Source of the DNA: Sarea resinae | Lineage: Eukaryota | Reading direction: 5' to 3' | DNA: 64,000 nucleotides | Assembly: GCA_026026165.1 (NCBI GenBank) | Contig: JAPEUD010000089.1 | Location: forward strand, 1 to 64,000 | Part shown: positions 51,959-64,000 of the stretch, one piece after another | Layout: each line of letters begins with the position of its first letter | Position numbering within the stretch: the stretch's first letter is position 1 | Notes under the pieces: model-generated | Seen by the model: the letters and a program-made list of their open reading frames with translations, nothing else | The model's database searches: none | What the model was told of the DNA's origin: nothing | Made by a program: the position numbers and the translations under genes

Positions 51959-53259
51959 GTCCGGAAGCGACGTTCGATCGTAGTAAAGTCTACTGATTCT
52001 GAAGGGGTGCAGATGTAGAAATGGCATAGAAAATTCGTCAGTGGAGCCGTGGAAGCATGAAACGGGCACAAATGAATGAAAATGCTTTCGCGAACGAGCT
52101 GAATGAATCGTGAACGGTTGCCACAACGGCCTCAAAATTTTTACCAACCAGCCACACAGAATAAAATTCGTGCCCGGTCTCTGACGACTGGCGATTACGC
52201 TGAGAGCAAGGTAACTCCGTACATATAATAGTGATCACACCAAGATACCAAGTGGCATCTGCTAGGGGTGTTATAGACGATGATATGCCACACATGGGCA
52301 GCCATGTAGGGGAAGAGAGGCTAGGTGGTGGAGGGGCTTCAGAGTCTGATTGAAGGCTCAATACAGGCTCCTGTTGGACTGGCTGCTTTGGTTGGTCTGG
52401 GTTGGTTCCACTGACGACCACTGGCAGAGCTGGGCATGGATTGTTGGCTTGTCTTCTGGAAAACGCGCCGAAGCATGTCAAACAGACCCCCATCTCGGCT
52501 GAAGGGTCATAGCGCAGGGAGGCATCGCAACACCAAGGAAATTAAACAATCGCCTTCAGCAACCGTAAAAGGGCAGAGGCTGATGATGATGATGACTATG
52601 ACGATGACGATGATGATGATGAAGTGGGGCTAGCCGCAGAATAATAATAGCCGTGGTGTCGACTGCCAAGGCTTCAATCGGAATTGCAGAGCATGCAACT
52701 GTGCACAGGAGCATCCGTAGGGCAGATGGCGAACATGAAATTAATTCGGGAAACGTGGAACGATGCATCAGTAGGGTACAACCCAAGCATCTCCGAACAA
52801 GCGCAGGAGCATAGGCCAAGTATGGGCACCAAAGTGCCGAAAACGTTGCAACCGAGGTCGTGATCCTTTCTTTGGAGCATCGCATCCAAATGAGCGACAA
52901 CAGGGTCCAAAGAGAAGGCGATTGATGCTGCTGCTGCAGCGGATGAAATGTGATGGCACGACAAGGATGCCTAACTCAAGCCTTGTTTCGTCGTCGGCAG
53001 CAAGATGTCTGGTAGGTCAGACGAAAGGCGCATGACAGGTCGTGCAGTACGGAGCTACATATTAGGGCCCATTTTCCCCAGCGTACGAGGGGCCCCGAAA
53101 GACCATGACCATGACTCTGCAGCGATCATCGCGAGGAGCGCGCGGAGAAAGAGACAAATGGTATGGAATGTGCTCCGAATTCCGTCCCTTTCGGTGCTGG
53201 CCAGTACGAGGGAGATGTCTACCATGTAGATGTTTGTGGCTTTCCTGTCGCCTCTGTTT

Positions 53260-53310
<51 letters not shown>
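53260..53310. repeat. (GCCT)n microsatellite
   Basis: About 12 perfect units; (TAGG)n nearby at about 53597-53620 and (GCT)n at about 54176-54222. Confidence 0.95.
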
Positions 53311-53311
<1 letters not shown>

Positions 53312-55085
53312 TTTCCGGCCTAATTGCTGATCAGGATCTATGATGATGGTCATATGGGACGGATCCCGGTCCATAGTCGGCTGCAGACGCCACGCGTTTC
53401 AGCAGGTTTCATGGCGTCACTGCCCACACCTGTCACTGTCGCAGAACGCCGCGGCTTGCGAGGAGTGTTGCGGCCAGATCAGCAATTTAAACGTCGTGGC
53501 CCTTGTAGCGACTAGCTGATCTGAAAAGCAGAAGGCAGATACCGAGGGGCTGTGGAGTGTGGAAGACTCAGTATTCACCCGGAGCTGTACTATTAGTAGG
53601 TAGGTAGGTAGGTAGGTAGGTGAGGCCTGCTAGGCCCGAGGCCCTCGGGCCCTAGAAGTACGAAGTACTCGGTAACTTCGGACTGCGTAGAACCCTTTTC
53701 CATGCAGCATCCGAAAGAAGGAAGTTACAATGGATTGGACACGATCATCTCAAAACGTGGCTGCGTGCGTGAATAATTGTGGATGTTTTCGCGGTATGAT
53801 CGACTGAGGTGACCCTGCGAGACAACTCAAGTGGGTTAAGTCCTCGAACTAAGGCCAAGTCAGGGAGGCGAGTTGAGGCTCGGTCGCGTCATCGACCTTA
53901 GTCTCCGTCACGATCAGCTCAGCCACCAAGATAGAGGTGTAGCAGGTGGTCCAGTCAGGCAGGTAGGGCGGGTATGTAAAGTAAGGTAAGATGAAGTACG
54001 AGGTAAGGTAGGCAGGTAGCAGGTGGATGGCCGATGGCAGGGAAGGTAAAGATAGATCAAGACAAAGACTTCGTGAGATGGAGCTTTGTCTTGGCGCCTC
54101 ATGAGGCTGCATGGGATATGGGTAGAGTGATATTGTAGGTCCAGGCGACATCCAAGGTTTTGCTTTGGCCGGAACTGCTGTTGCTGCGGCTGCTGCTGCT
54201 ACTGCTGCTGCTGCTGCTGCTACTGCACTGCCCTGATGTTTCGTCAAGGCTTCCGACCTGCTTCCGGACGTTCCACGCTTGGTCGTGAAGTGAGATCTTT
54301 CCAGACTCTATCGGCCACCGGGCTGTTCGATTCTTGTTTCTCTTCAATCTCTTTCCGCGAACCCTACCCCTGATTCCCCATCGGTGGTTGAGACCTCGGT
54401 CGGTACCTTACATGCCGGGCGCTCAGCCCCAAATCATTGCCATCCATTCGTTGCAGGGCTAGAAGACGATAGCGACGTGGAAACTTGGGCAATTCAGGGA
54501 CTGTGCATGAAATGTTACTTCAAAAAAACCAGAGGGCCGTTGTGCTAATGTGCATGAGATGCCGAAACACGCGTCGGACTCCCCCGTGCACGAGAAGAGC
54601 CTGCTCTACTTCCTCGACTGCAACGTATTCGGACATCCGTCAAAAACAGGCAAGACAAGGCAGCATTTCATCAAGCAGCAAAAGACCGGGCCCCGAAAGA
54701 GACGTCACATGGCAAATCATTCATCTATTACTGTTGCAAAGGAAAACTACCTGATCCGACGAGCACAGTTGACTAACCTTGCCTATGAGAAAGAGAGGCG
54801 TGGCAGAACATCAGCTCGCTAAGGAATCGAGAAATACATCCATCAGAAGAGGGAAGAAAACACAGATTAGAAAAGAGAAACTGGCTTCCCGGCCCAGACA
54901 ATGCGGATCCCTGAACCCCAGAATGCTGAGCACGTAACCCCTAGTTCAAACATCGTGTGCAAGTAGTGAGAAGAGCATCAACGCCGACCTGCCACTCCAC
55001 ATTGGGCGGTTCGGATGTCCACTGAAACGGACGGAATTACAAACTTGAGATCCAGCGGCCAGTACCGTGGACGCGTCCGATGTGT

Positions 55086-56021
55086 TCAGACTCTGCCGCC
55101 AAAATGCTCCTTGGCATACTGCTCGCAGGCCTGCGTCGACCGTTAATTTCAAGGGACTCGACAGATCGCATCGCGCGGTACGTACCTTGGCCGGCTTGCC
55201 GACCTTCTGTCCGATTACCTTCCACTTACTAGCCTCGTATTCTTTAATGGCCGCCAGTAACGCCGCACTCTGCTTAGCACGTCAGCTTGCAGAACCCCAA
55301 TGTTTGAATGAACGAACCGGTACCTCATCTTCCGCGAACTCAGCATAGTGCATATCCTTGAACGTCGCGTTAGCTACTCTTCACACAAGACATTGATCAT
55401 CTTCGAAAAGATCTCAGGATGCGAAACGGCCATACCTTGTACCAGTGCTTCTTGACACTTCCTTCGGTTCTCGTTGGGAATGTCTGTACAATGATGATTA
55501 GCATCCCTGATTGCACCAGGCGTCGTCGATAGAGAGCATGAGGGTACCTTCGCGATCTCACTCCAACTGCTGCCAGCATCTCTCATAGCCTTCAGCCTCT
55601 GCTCCTCTGCCGGACTCCATGGAGTGTTGGTTCTGCTCTTCTTCGCCGACGGAGGAGCGATGAAGGTCGGTTCGCCCAAAACGCCTGGAGCACCTGGAAA
55701 TGGGCCCGGCTGAGGGACGTGTTGTTGGGGACCGGATGAGCGACGCTTCCTATTTAGATTCTGGGGAGTAGACGCGAGCGGTTGAAGGGCGCCGAGAATA
55801 TCATCTGGTTGAGAATACGCCCCCGACCCAACGGGCATCGGAGGTGGTGGCAACGATGCCGACGTTGGGTAGTGGTCGTGTCGAGTCGGTGAGAACCTTT
55901 CATTCACGCGTCAGCGATGATCTCAATGGCCTCCCGGTACCTCGCCACGCGTCAAACACGTCGAAATCATGGCGAGAGGATTTCCGACGATGAAGCTGAT
56001 GAGAAAGAGCACTTACGACAT
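55086..56021 (-). CDS. Myb/SANT-like DNA-binding protein B (two repeats)
   Basis: ATGTC micro-exon, then FSPTRH..KKSRTNTPWSPAEEQRLKAMRDAGSSWSEIAK|TFPTRTEGSVKKHWYK|DMHYAEFAEDE|SAALLAAIKEYEASKWKVIGQKVGKPAK|ACEQYAKEHFGGRV*. Introns 55897-56016, 55484-55547, 55357-55435, 55270-55323, 55131-55185. Confidence 0.88.
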
Positions 56022-59000
56022 TGCGAAGAGGTTCGAGTGATTGAAGAGGTAGTCCGTAAGGCTCGCCAACGTCGTTTTCGAAGCGTTGGCCCCGGTCGCA
56101 ACTAAGGCAAGGGGACACGAAGGCGGAGGGTTCACTGCAGCGGTCGGAGGCTCATCCACGACGCTCGACAACTTGATTTCCTCTCCAGCGCGATGGCAAC
56201 AAAGTCAAGTCGCGACTTTCTGTGATGATGTACCGTGATGAGGGAGGTACTGGGGTACGTGATGGGTACTTGAAGCTCTGAGAGATGGATGATCGTCGAG
56301 TACTTGGTACGAGACGGAGGAGTAGATGGTGAGAAGTAACTTTTGAAGGTTCAAGAGAGTGGTGTAGCAGAGAAGTAGAAGTAGTTGGTAGAAGTAGTAG
56401 AAGTAGTGGAGGTAGAGGAGGTAGAGGAGGTAGCAGAGGTAGCGGCAGTGAATGTGCTTTGCGAGCTCGAGGAACTCGCGTCTAGTTCGGGGGAGGGACG
56501 GGGGGGGAGCTGGAGGGTATCGGTACTCTCAGACTCTCTCAGACGGGGCCACCTTCTCTGCCCAGATCGACCATGCTTTTGGCAGGAATGTGAGTGGATT
56601 GAGGGGTTATTACATAAGCAGAGTCCGTCGCGGCGAGATTAGGGGCCCCGATTGACCACGGCAGGCCAATGAGGCGAGGGGACACGGCACAAGTCGAGTT
56701 GAACGCGGCCAATGGGTGAGCGAGCCAAGCGCAATTGGTCGGGAAATGGTCAGGAATGAAATCCATTCCCTGTCCATTCCCACACCTTCGCTGCTCTATG
56801 GCGTCGAGCCTCGAGGACGTACCGCTGCTCCGTACCACTACTTCTCGCTTACCCTTCCGCTTCCGCTCTGGGTCTGCTCGCGGTCCGCTCGCCTCAGCTC
56901 GAGCTCAAGCCGTCTTCCAAGCTCGTGATCCCACACCTACCTGTCTAAGGTATCGTTGAACTATTCCGTACCGCTACTTGATCGTACCGGACCTTGACTG
57001 ACTGGCCTTCCTAGTGGAGGTACTTTGGCTGTGGGGTGATTCATGAGCGGTTGATAAGTCAGAGATACTTGGATGGATGGATCAATGAATGAACGGATGA
57101 ATGAAGGCTTGACTACGGTGAATGAGAGGCAAAACGGTAGAGATTCATCTACGGGATAAGATTCACTTCACAAAGGCATGGAAGAGAAACGGGCAGTCCG
57201 ATGAACGCCTCATGCGAGCAGAAGCGGGGTAGAAGAACATCACCTGCAGTTGGGGAGTGTACTGAAGTAATGGACAGATACCTTGTCGAGAGGTAAGGCG
57301 TCGCCTGCGTGACAAGTACTTGTACCAAGGTCCCAGCGCGCCGAGGAAGAGAGAAGAACACTCCACTCGAGACCTTCATCGTCCATTTCACCTTACACGC
57401 CGGACGGGGCCTGATTGGCTTGTGTCGCGCCGTCATGCACTTGGCGGTACGAGGTGTTCTCGTCGCCGGCGTCAGATAGCTCAGATGGCCGTCAATTTCA
57501 CCCGTCCGGAGGGCGTCCGGAGGAGGCGGATTCGCAGCGTGATTGACACGATGCACGTGCACCGAGGTTACGCGTCCCGGCCGTTGTCTTGCGGCACTGC
57601 ACATCCTACGTAGTAGTAGTTTCCCATGCCTTACAAACGGGTCAGATTACCGATCAGATCCGTATCGTCCATCGAGATGGATAGGTTATTGATGCAATTC
57701 GGCCACGAGGGAAGCACCACAGCTCACGGCTCGGAGAGGAACTTGAGGCCAACAAAGCCACGGTCCGGGTACCAGTACTACAGCAGGTACTGCGAGCCCA
57801 TATCTGCCGTGCGAGAGCAAAGGTCGAAGTACTGAGTATCTCTCGACGTATCTACCACTCTCTTCATCGACTTTCGTTTGAAACGAAGCGTGCTGAGCTT
57901 GTTTCCCCAGACGTATACACGCGTCCTGGGTACGCGGTACTTGCCATCTCCCCAGCCATGAAGAACATCTACATTTCTGTCAGTGAAGGTGGACTACTCC
58001 GAGTACGTCTGAAGTACAGGCACGGTCAACGGTGTCCTCGAGAAGAGAAACAAGCTTCGATGCCTTAGCTCTCCTGCACGAAGTACGCAGTACCTCGTCC
58101 CTACCAGCCGTCACAGGCGAAGCTATCGTCCTGCCGAATCGGCCCTGCCTGTTCTGCCTGTTTGGGATCCCTCTGGGTCGGCTCCCCTGGACAAGCTGCA
58201 TCCGTGCATGAAACTACCCTACTGTTCAGAATCGTTACAGTACGACACAGTTCTGCTGCCACTTCTTGACCCTTGTTTTGCGGTGTTCCTGCTGGCATTC
58301 TTGCGGGCGTTCCTGATGACTGAGACTGCATGGACCGGTCTCCGTGGCCTTTTTAAGCGCTGAAACTTCATTGCTTGTGTTCTGGACCTGCATGATCCCG
58401 TTCGTCTAGGGCAGGATCGCGATGTAAGATTGATATATAGCCCTAGCGAGACGGCCGATGTTTCTCTCGCCGTGTTCAGACTCCTCTGGACCGGCCATCT
58501 CGAGCAGGGCCGGCTGTCAATGCACCTGGCTCCGAACGCTCAATCAGCACCTTCGAACAGACTCCCCTGCTGATCTCTGCATTGATCATCTTGCAATAGT
58601 TCGGTTTTACCCGTAGACTTGGTGGGATGGGCAGTATGAGTTCGTCGCGTGCATCTCCAACCTGGTCTATTTACACGGATGGCATCGGAGAACCATGACA
58701 TTTTGGAAACAATACCTTCTCCGCCCCGTGATCTCTTCTATCAATGCATTAGGCTACATCCCATGAAGTCTCCTGTCTTCAAAACAAACTTATAGAAAGA
58801 TTGTCACTCTGCACATGAAAATGAGATCTAATTTGACACGGAGTCTTCCATCTCTTGTGAAAGATTACGTTCGTTTCGTTTTAACAGCTTACAGCTACAC
58901 CAACCGCTGGTCGGGCCTATCTTCTTTGCAATTCAAAGTATCACCGGCGGATCAGCTAATAGTATATCTCACAGCCTCTTTGATGATCGTTGAGGTTGTC

Positions 59001-59174
59001 TGCTATTCGTCCAGCCCGTAATCGAGTCACCGCCCCAGGTCGAGATATCATCCACTCATTCGGACTGTCTTTTTAGAGGGTGGCCCTCATTCTATACTTT
59101 CCCCTACCTTACCGTGAGGGCCCTAATTCCAAGGTCGTTAGCCAGGACATCGATCAACCCCAATCGCGTGCATA

Positions 59175-60207
59175 ATGCCCGTCGCCGAAACAAATGAGCT
59201 GAAAGCTTCTTCCGGTCGAAAATATGACGAATCAGCACCAACGGACGGAGGCAGAGCTTGGACTCGAGAAGAAGTGGGTATTCTGGCAATATCAGTTGAT
59301 GTTAATGTTCTGACGGAGACACCCATTATCCTAGGATGCTTATCTCCTCCAAACACGCCTCCGAAAAATGCCATACAAGGAAATTGCCATACGTCTAAGA
59401 AAGACAGAACTAGCCTGTCGTCTCCACCACCATCAAATTGCTCATGGAAGTCGTCGACGAAGACGTACATTATCGGCGTCCATTGTCCCCGCTGGCCAAG
59501 TCGCACCGCTTGTTCAAAGCTCTATCCCACCAGAGCATGACCTGAAATATCCGAAGCAGATATCGGAGCTTGACTCATCAAGACCTGGAACTAAAATTGC
59601 CAGTCCTGTCAGCACTCGACCAAATGTCCCTAAAGAACCTTCCAGGTCACCTTCGCCACATCGCGTTCTCAAGTCTATTCTTCCAAAACCAAAATCACTA
59701 TCTTCCAGTCAAGATGAAAGGCTGCGGTCTGAGATGTGCAACAGCACCACAATTCATCATCGAAAGATCGACCTTGAACGCCTCAATCGCATCCACAAGT
59801 CGCACAGCATTCACTTCTGGGCCCGTGTGGCGGCTGACTATGGCAACGACACATCACCTGCTCTATTGCGAGAAGCATGGAGAGAAGGTTCCGTTGCTGC
59901 CCTTCCAAGTCCGAGGATTAGCCCGGAGCCCATCACTCCGCCGATGATTCTTGACTCGTCATACCCTTCTTCTTACGAACCTTCGCCGTCCAGCGAGCTT
60001 ACACGAGGATTCGAGTTCAGTGGTTTAGCCGACAGGAAAGTCGAAACAAGGACCTCTGCGAACACATCGAGAATGACTTCGACCTTGACGAAAGCAGTTA
60101 ATCCCTCGGGGTCCTCTGCTGATACGAGAGTGCTAATAACTGCCATTTCCGCTATATTGACAGAGGACAAGGATGTGTGGACACCGACTAGGAGTCCTAG
60201 CATCTGA
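59175..60207 (+). CDS. Myb/SANT-like DNA-binding protein C
   Basis: DGGRAWTREE|DAYLLQTRLRKMPYKEIAIRLRKTELACRLHHHQI, basic RRRRR, degenerate second helical block FWARVAADYG..LLREAW; intron 59274-59334. Confidence 0.82.
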
Positions 60208-60829
60208 GAGGGATGATGAGCATTCCATATCCGAACGAAGAGATCTCCGAGCAGATTGATCTTATGTTCCTCTATCTCACCCGGCGATCTTGACTGCCTC
60301 GTCGCATTCTCCTTAGGTGCTATCTGTTTAGATTTTTGAGATCTCTTTTCTACATCCCAGATTGGATGCAGTCACTATCTTACGGTATAATGACGGCATG
60401 GTTTGGCGGGGATTGAAGTCTTGGGCTTATACTTGGTGAAGTGTCACAAAGATCAGTCAGATTAGTATGATTCCAAGACACCTTTGGCGCAATTGGTGGG
60501 TTTAACGGAACATCTGGCATCAAATCGCAGCCATTGAACGCGTAGTGATCATGATACTCCCTCAACGATCTTGTTATAAGACAGTCTTGGCTCTATGCCA
60601 AGCATCGCGGCAATAGTTGATATCCAGTGGGCACGGCGATGATATATCCTAGGTCCCGTTCATTCGAAGAGAAACAAAGGGTCCAAAACTCCATTAATGT
60701 TCTATCCACACTTTGAAGGAAGGGCTGGCAGAATGGCTGTTCGCAGCAACATCATTAGTACGGTGGTATCCGTATTTGTACCTCGTACCTTCTTTCGTCT
60801 GGAGGCCAAGGGCCCAGGATGAGCGGTGT

Positions 60830-61210
60830 CTTATCAGGGGCGACAGTCTGTGAGCGACCCGAGCCCTGCAGCTCCCCATCATCCATGCGGCCACCGACGA
60901 CCACTGATCTTCTCAAGATCGGTCTCGTCTGGCCCCGCCATTGATAAAGGCCAGTGGTTTGATATCGTACATCGTCTATCGTCATGGATAAGAGGGCGCG
61001 ATAACAACAATAACAATCGATTACACATCCACTATCTCAGTCTCCATCATATTGATAATCCTGATCATCCTGCTAATGCCGACTGTGTTGCCGTGCTGTC
61101 GTACCGCCATCCTGTTTCCTTATATGTTGCCGCTCCTGGGATGCGATGATGTCTTTCATTTCTGCTGCGTTTGTTTTCGCCGTGAAATGTTCCCTGGATA
61201 ATTGTTATCT
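60830..61210. promoter_or_regulatory. GATA-site cluster upstream of the Dal5-like permease
   Basis: CTTATCA 60830, TGATAA 60942, GGATAAG 60986, CGATAA 60999, CTATCT 61032, TGATAA 61053, TTATCT 61205. Confidence 0.45.
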
Positions 61211-61227
61211 CCAGCGTGCATTTTGCA

Positions 61228-63977
61228 ATGGATGAGTCGACCAAGGAAGCTGGCCTCCTGGGGAAGGTGGCCGACGGCGACGCAGCTCTGACTTTTCTTC
61301 AGCATGAGTCGGTAGAAGGGTCATTGACCGAGATTGATGAAAGAAGATTGGTGCGCAAGATTGATTGGATGATTTTGCCGTTGATGTGGTGTTGTTATTG
61401 TCTACAGTATCTCGACAAGACTCTGAGTAAACACTTTCCTTTCATTGCTTATCGTTCCATGCTCAGCAAACCAAGCTGATCCTGGGCTCTACATTTAAGT
61501 CAACTATGCCGCCGTCATGGGGCTCTACAAAGATGCGAACATCAACACGAATCAATTCTCGGACCTTGCCTGGATATTCTATATTACTTATCTGGTCTTC
61601 GAGATGCCCACCGGCTATCTCATGCAACGATTGCCAACGGCGAGATATCTCGGCATAAATGGTACGCCGCATCTACTCCTATGTCAGGGCAATCCGCATC
61701 AGTCTCACAGGACCAGTGATTTTATGGGGCTTCTGTGTCACTATGAACTGCGTCTGCAAGAACTTTGCTTCCCTTGTCGCCGTCAGGGCTTTGCTGGGCG
61801 TTTTTGAATCAGCTATAGCACCAGCGTGAGTCTGACTTCCGAATCGATTGCAAAGTGGCTGAGCTGAAGAGCTCTATAGCTTGATCTTGGTGACTTCGAT
61901 GTGGTATAAGAAGAAAGGTAGAAGACCCCTCTCCCCCTTGTTGGCCCCGTATTTGACCTCTATCATAGAGCAGCCACCGCGAGTGGGACTCTGGTACCTT
62001 GGGACCGGCACTGGCACCATTATCGGTGCATTGGTCTCCTTTGGATTCCAACACTACACAAGCAGGAGTTTCTATTCGTGGCAGATCATGTTTTTGGTAA
62101 TCGGACTCATCACAATGGTGATCGGTCTCGTCGTCTTCCTCTTCCTCCCTAACAATCCCATGTCTTCGCGCCTCTCGCACGACGAGAAAATCTACGCCAT
62201 CGAACGCCTGCGCTCAAACCAGACGGGAATCGAGAACAAGCACTTCAAGCCGAAGCAGATGGTGGAATGTCTCAGGGACCCGCAGACCTGGCTGCTGAGT
62301 CTGATTACGATCGCGTCAAACGTGCCGAATGGGGCTGTCAGTAGTTATCAAGCGACGATCATCAAGGGGTAGATAGACCGTCTTCTTCTTCTTTTCCTCC
62401 ACGACATCGATCTCCCACTGATATTCGTCCCCCAGCCTCACGATAAACAGCCAGATTACTGACCTATATACCTACAAGCTTCGGTTACAACTCAAAACAA
62501 ACGGCGCTCCTCTCCATCCCCGGTGGTGCCGTATCCATCGTGTCGATCCTGCTCGCCACCAACTTCGCCGCGCACTACAGCCAGCGCGCTTACTCGATCG
62601 TGGTGCTACTGCTTCCCGGGATCCTTGGCGCCGCACTGATGGCATTTCTTCCCGACGGGCATAAGGTTGGGAAATTGATCGGGAACTATCTGACGAATTG
62701 TATCGGCGCGAGTGAGTGAATGCTTTGAAAGCGACTGAAGTTGTATGTGTGAGAAAGAGAGAAATGGACAGGCTTGCTGATTTCGGCGTGACTTATACAG
62801 GTCTTCCACTCCTCTACTCCTGGGTCGCCGCCAACTGTAAGTCTGACTATCCTACCCCCTTTTCTCCCTTGACGCTTGCCCTCTCTTCTCTCTGCCGTCT
62901 ATGTGTCCTCTCCAGCTAACGCAACCTTTTCGATACAAAAAGTCGCAGGCCACACTAAGAAGGTCACCATGAATGCCATTCTTCTGATGTATATCTCTCC
63001 CTCTCAACTTCCATCCGCGTATCTCCCCTCTCCTCTGACTCTTTGAATCTCCTCCTTTTCTGTACCCAATTTCCCCGCTGCCAATCCTCTCTCAAACCCC
63101 TTCACCCAACTCTAACTCAGCCATTCACACCCCAGGTCCTTTTGCACGGGCAACATCATCGGCCCGCTCACGTTCCGCAAAGCAGATGCGCCCAACTATA
63201 TCCCGGCCAAAATCGCCATCATCGCCACGTCGGCCGTCGCGATCCTGTTTACTTTGCTCCTGCGCGGTGTCTATGTGCTCGAGAACCGGAGGAGAGATGG
63301 AAGCAGTAGAGGTGGTGGTGAAGGCAGCGAAAGTATAGGGGAAGAAGTCGGTGGAGATGGAGTTCGAGCTGGCGATGGCAAAGCCAGCTCGCTCGTCGTC
63401 GCCGCTGTCTCGGCTCCGCACCCAGACCCAAGCCCAAAGCCAGGCACAGACACAGGCACAGAGACATATCCCGAAGCAAACCCCATCGTAAGCCCCGATG
63501 GGCGCGAGAAGCAAGAGACGTCAAGAGAAAGAGAAGGAGAAAGTGCAGACAGCGGATTCATGGATCTCACCGACCGAGAAAACGGAGCATTTCGCGTACG
63601 TCACAGCGTCTCTCCCCTTGTCTTCCTTCCATCCCTTCTGGGCTTCCCTTTCTTTGGTTCTGCCTTCACTGTCATGCGTTTCCGCTTTGCTTTGCTTTCC
63701 CTTCTATCCCTCTCCCCGTCTCCCTCGGGCTACATACCTATCTGCCTATCTGCCGACACCATCCCTCTCCTCGTCCCTCCTATCTCCTCCCATTTACCAT
63801 AGCCTTCTCTCCCGCACAATCCCCGTCCCCAGCTCCAGCCTCAACACCAGCCTCAACACCAAACTTAACCCTAGCCACACCACCCATACCACCCATCACA
63901 GACCCCCAAACGGCGCAAGAAAAGAGGCTAATTCATACCCTGCCATCTCGGGGGCGGGTGACTAGTATCTTTTATAA
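61228..63977 (+). CDS. MFS transporter, anion:cation symporter / allantoate permease (Dal5-like) family
   Basis: RRLVRKIDWMILPLM..LQYLDKT, WYKKK|EQPPRVGLWY, AIERLRSNQTGIENK, AGHTKKVT, GNIIGP, FMDLTDRENGAFR|YLL*; multiple GT-AG introns; terminal micro-exon 63966-63977. Confidence 0.9.
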
Positions 63978-64000
63978 TTCTACAGAATCTGAAGATAAGA

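Noticed and set aside
53630..53655. GC-rich inverted repeat GGCCCGAGG-C-CCTCGGGCC
   Set aside because: Single short palindrome far from any gene start; no second copy or target-site duplication, so no MITE call.

Overview
Intron-containing DNA from a filamentous ascomycete (Pezizomycotina-type GT..CTRAC..YAG introns). I reconstructed 18 protein-coding genes by hand: an F-box/Zn-finger protein, PNC1, an FCY2-type NCS1 permease, SPA2, SSU72, an NBP2-like SH3 protein, RPS19, a membrane-anchored GH3 beta-glucosidase (bglE-like), a membrane-anchored GH16, a processive multi-TM GT2, ARG5,6, an SNC1-type v-SNARE, a DCW1/DFG5-type GH76, an aldehyde dehydrogenase, three Myb/SANT-like genes and a Dal5-like MFS permease. 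I found no supportable tRNA, rRNA, CRISPR or transposon. The strongest leads are: (1) a GH3-GH16-GT2 block that looks like a glucan synthase/hydrolase module; (2) a three-gene Myb/SANT cluster in which one member has about 200 protein-like codons with no in-frame ATG, plus a leader hairpin and an overlapping uORF; (3) a layout in which all three convergent gene junctions are filled with simple repeats while most adjoining gene 3' ends become nearly all G/C at third codon positions. Splice sites and family calls come from reading the sequence and recalling motifs; no database search was run.
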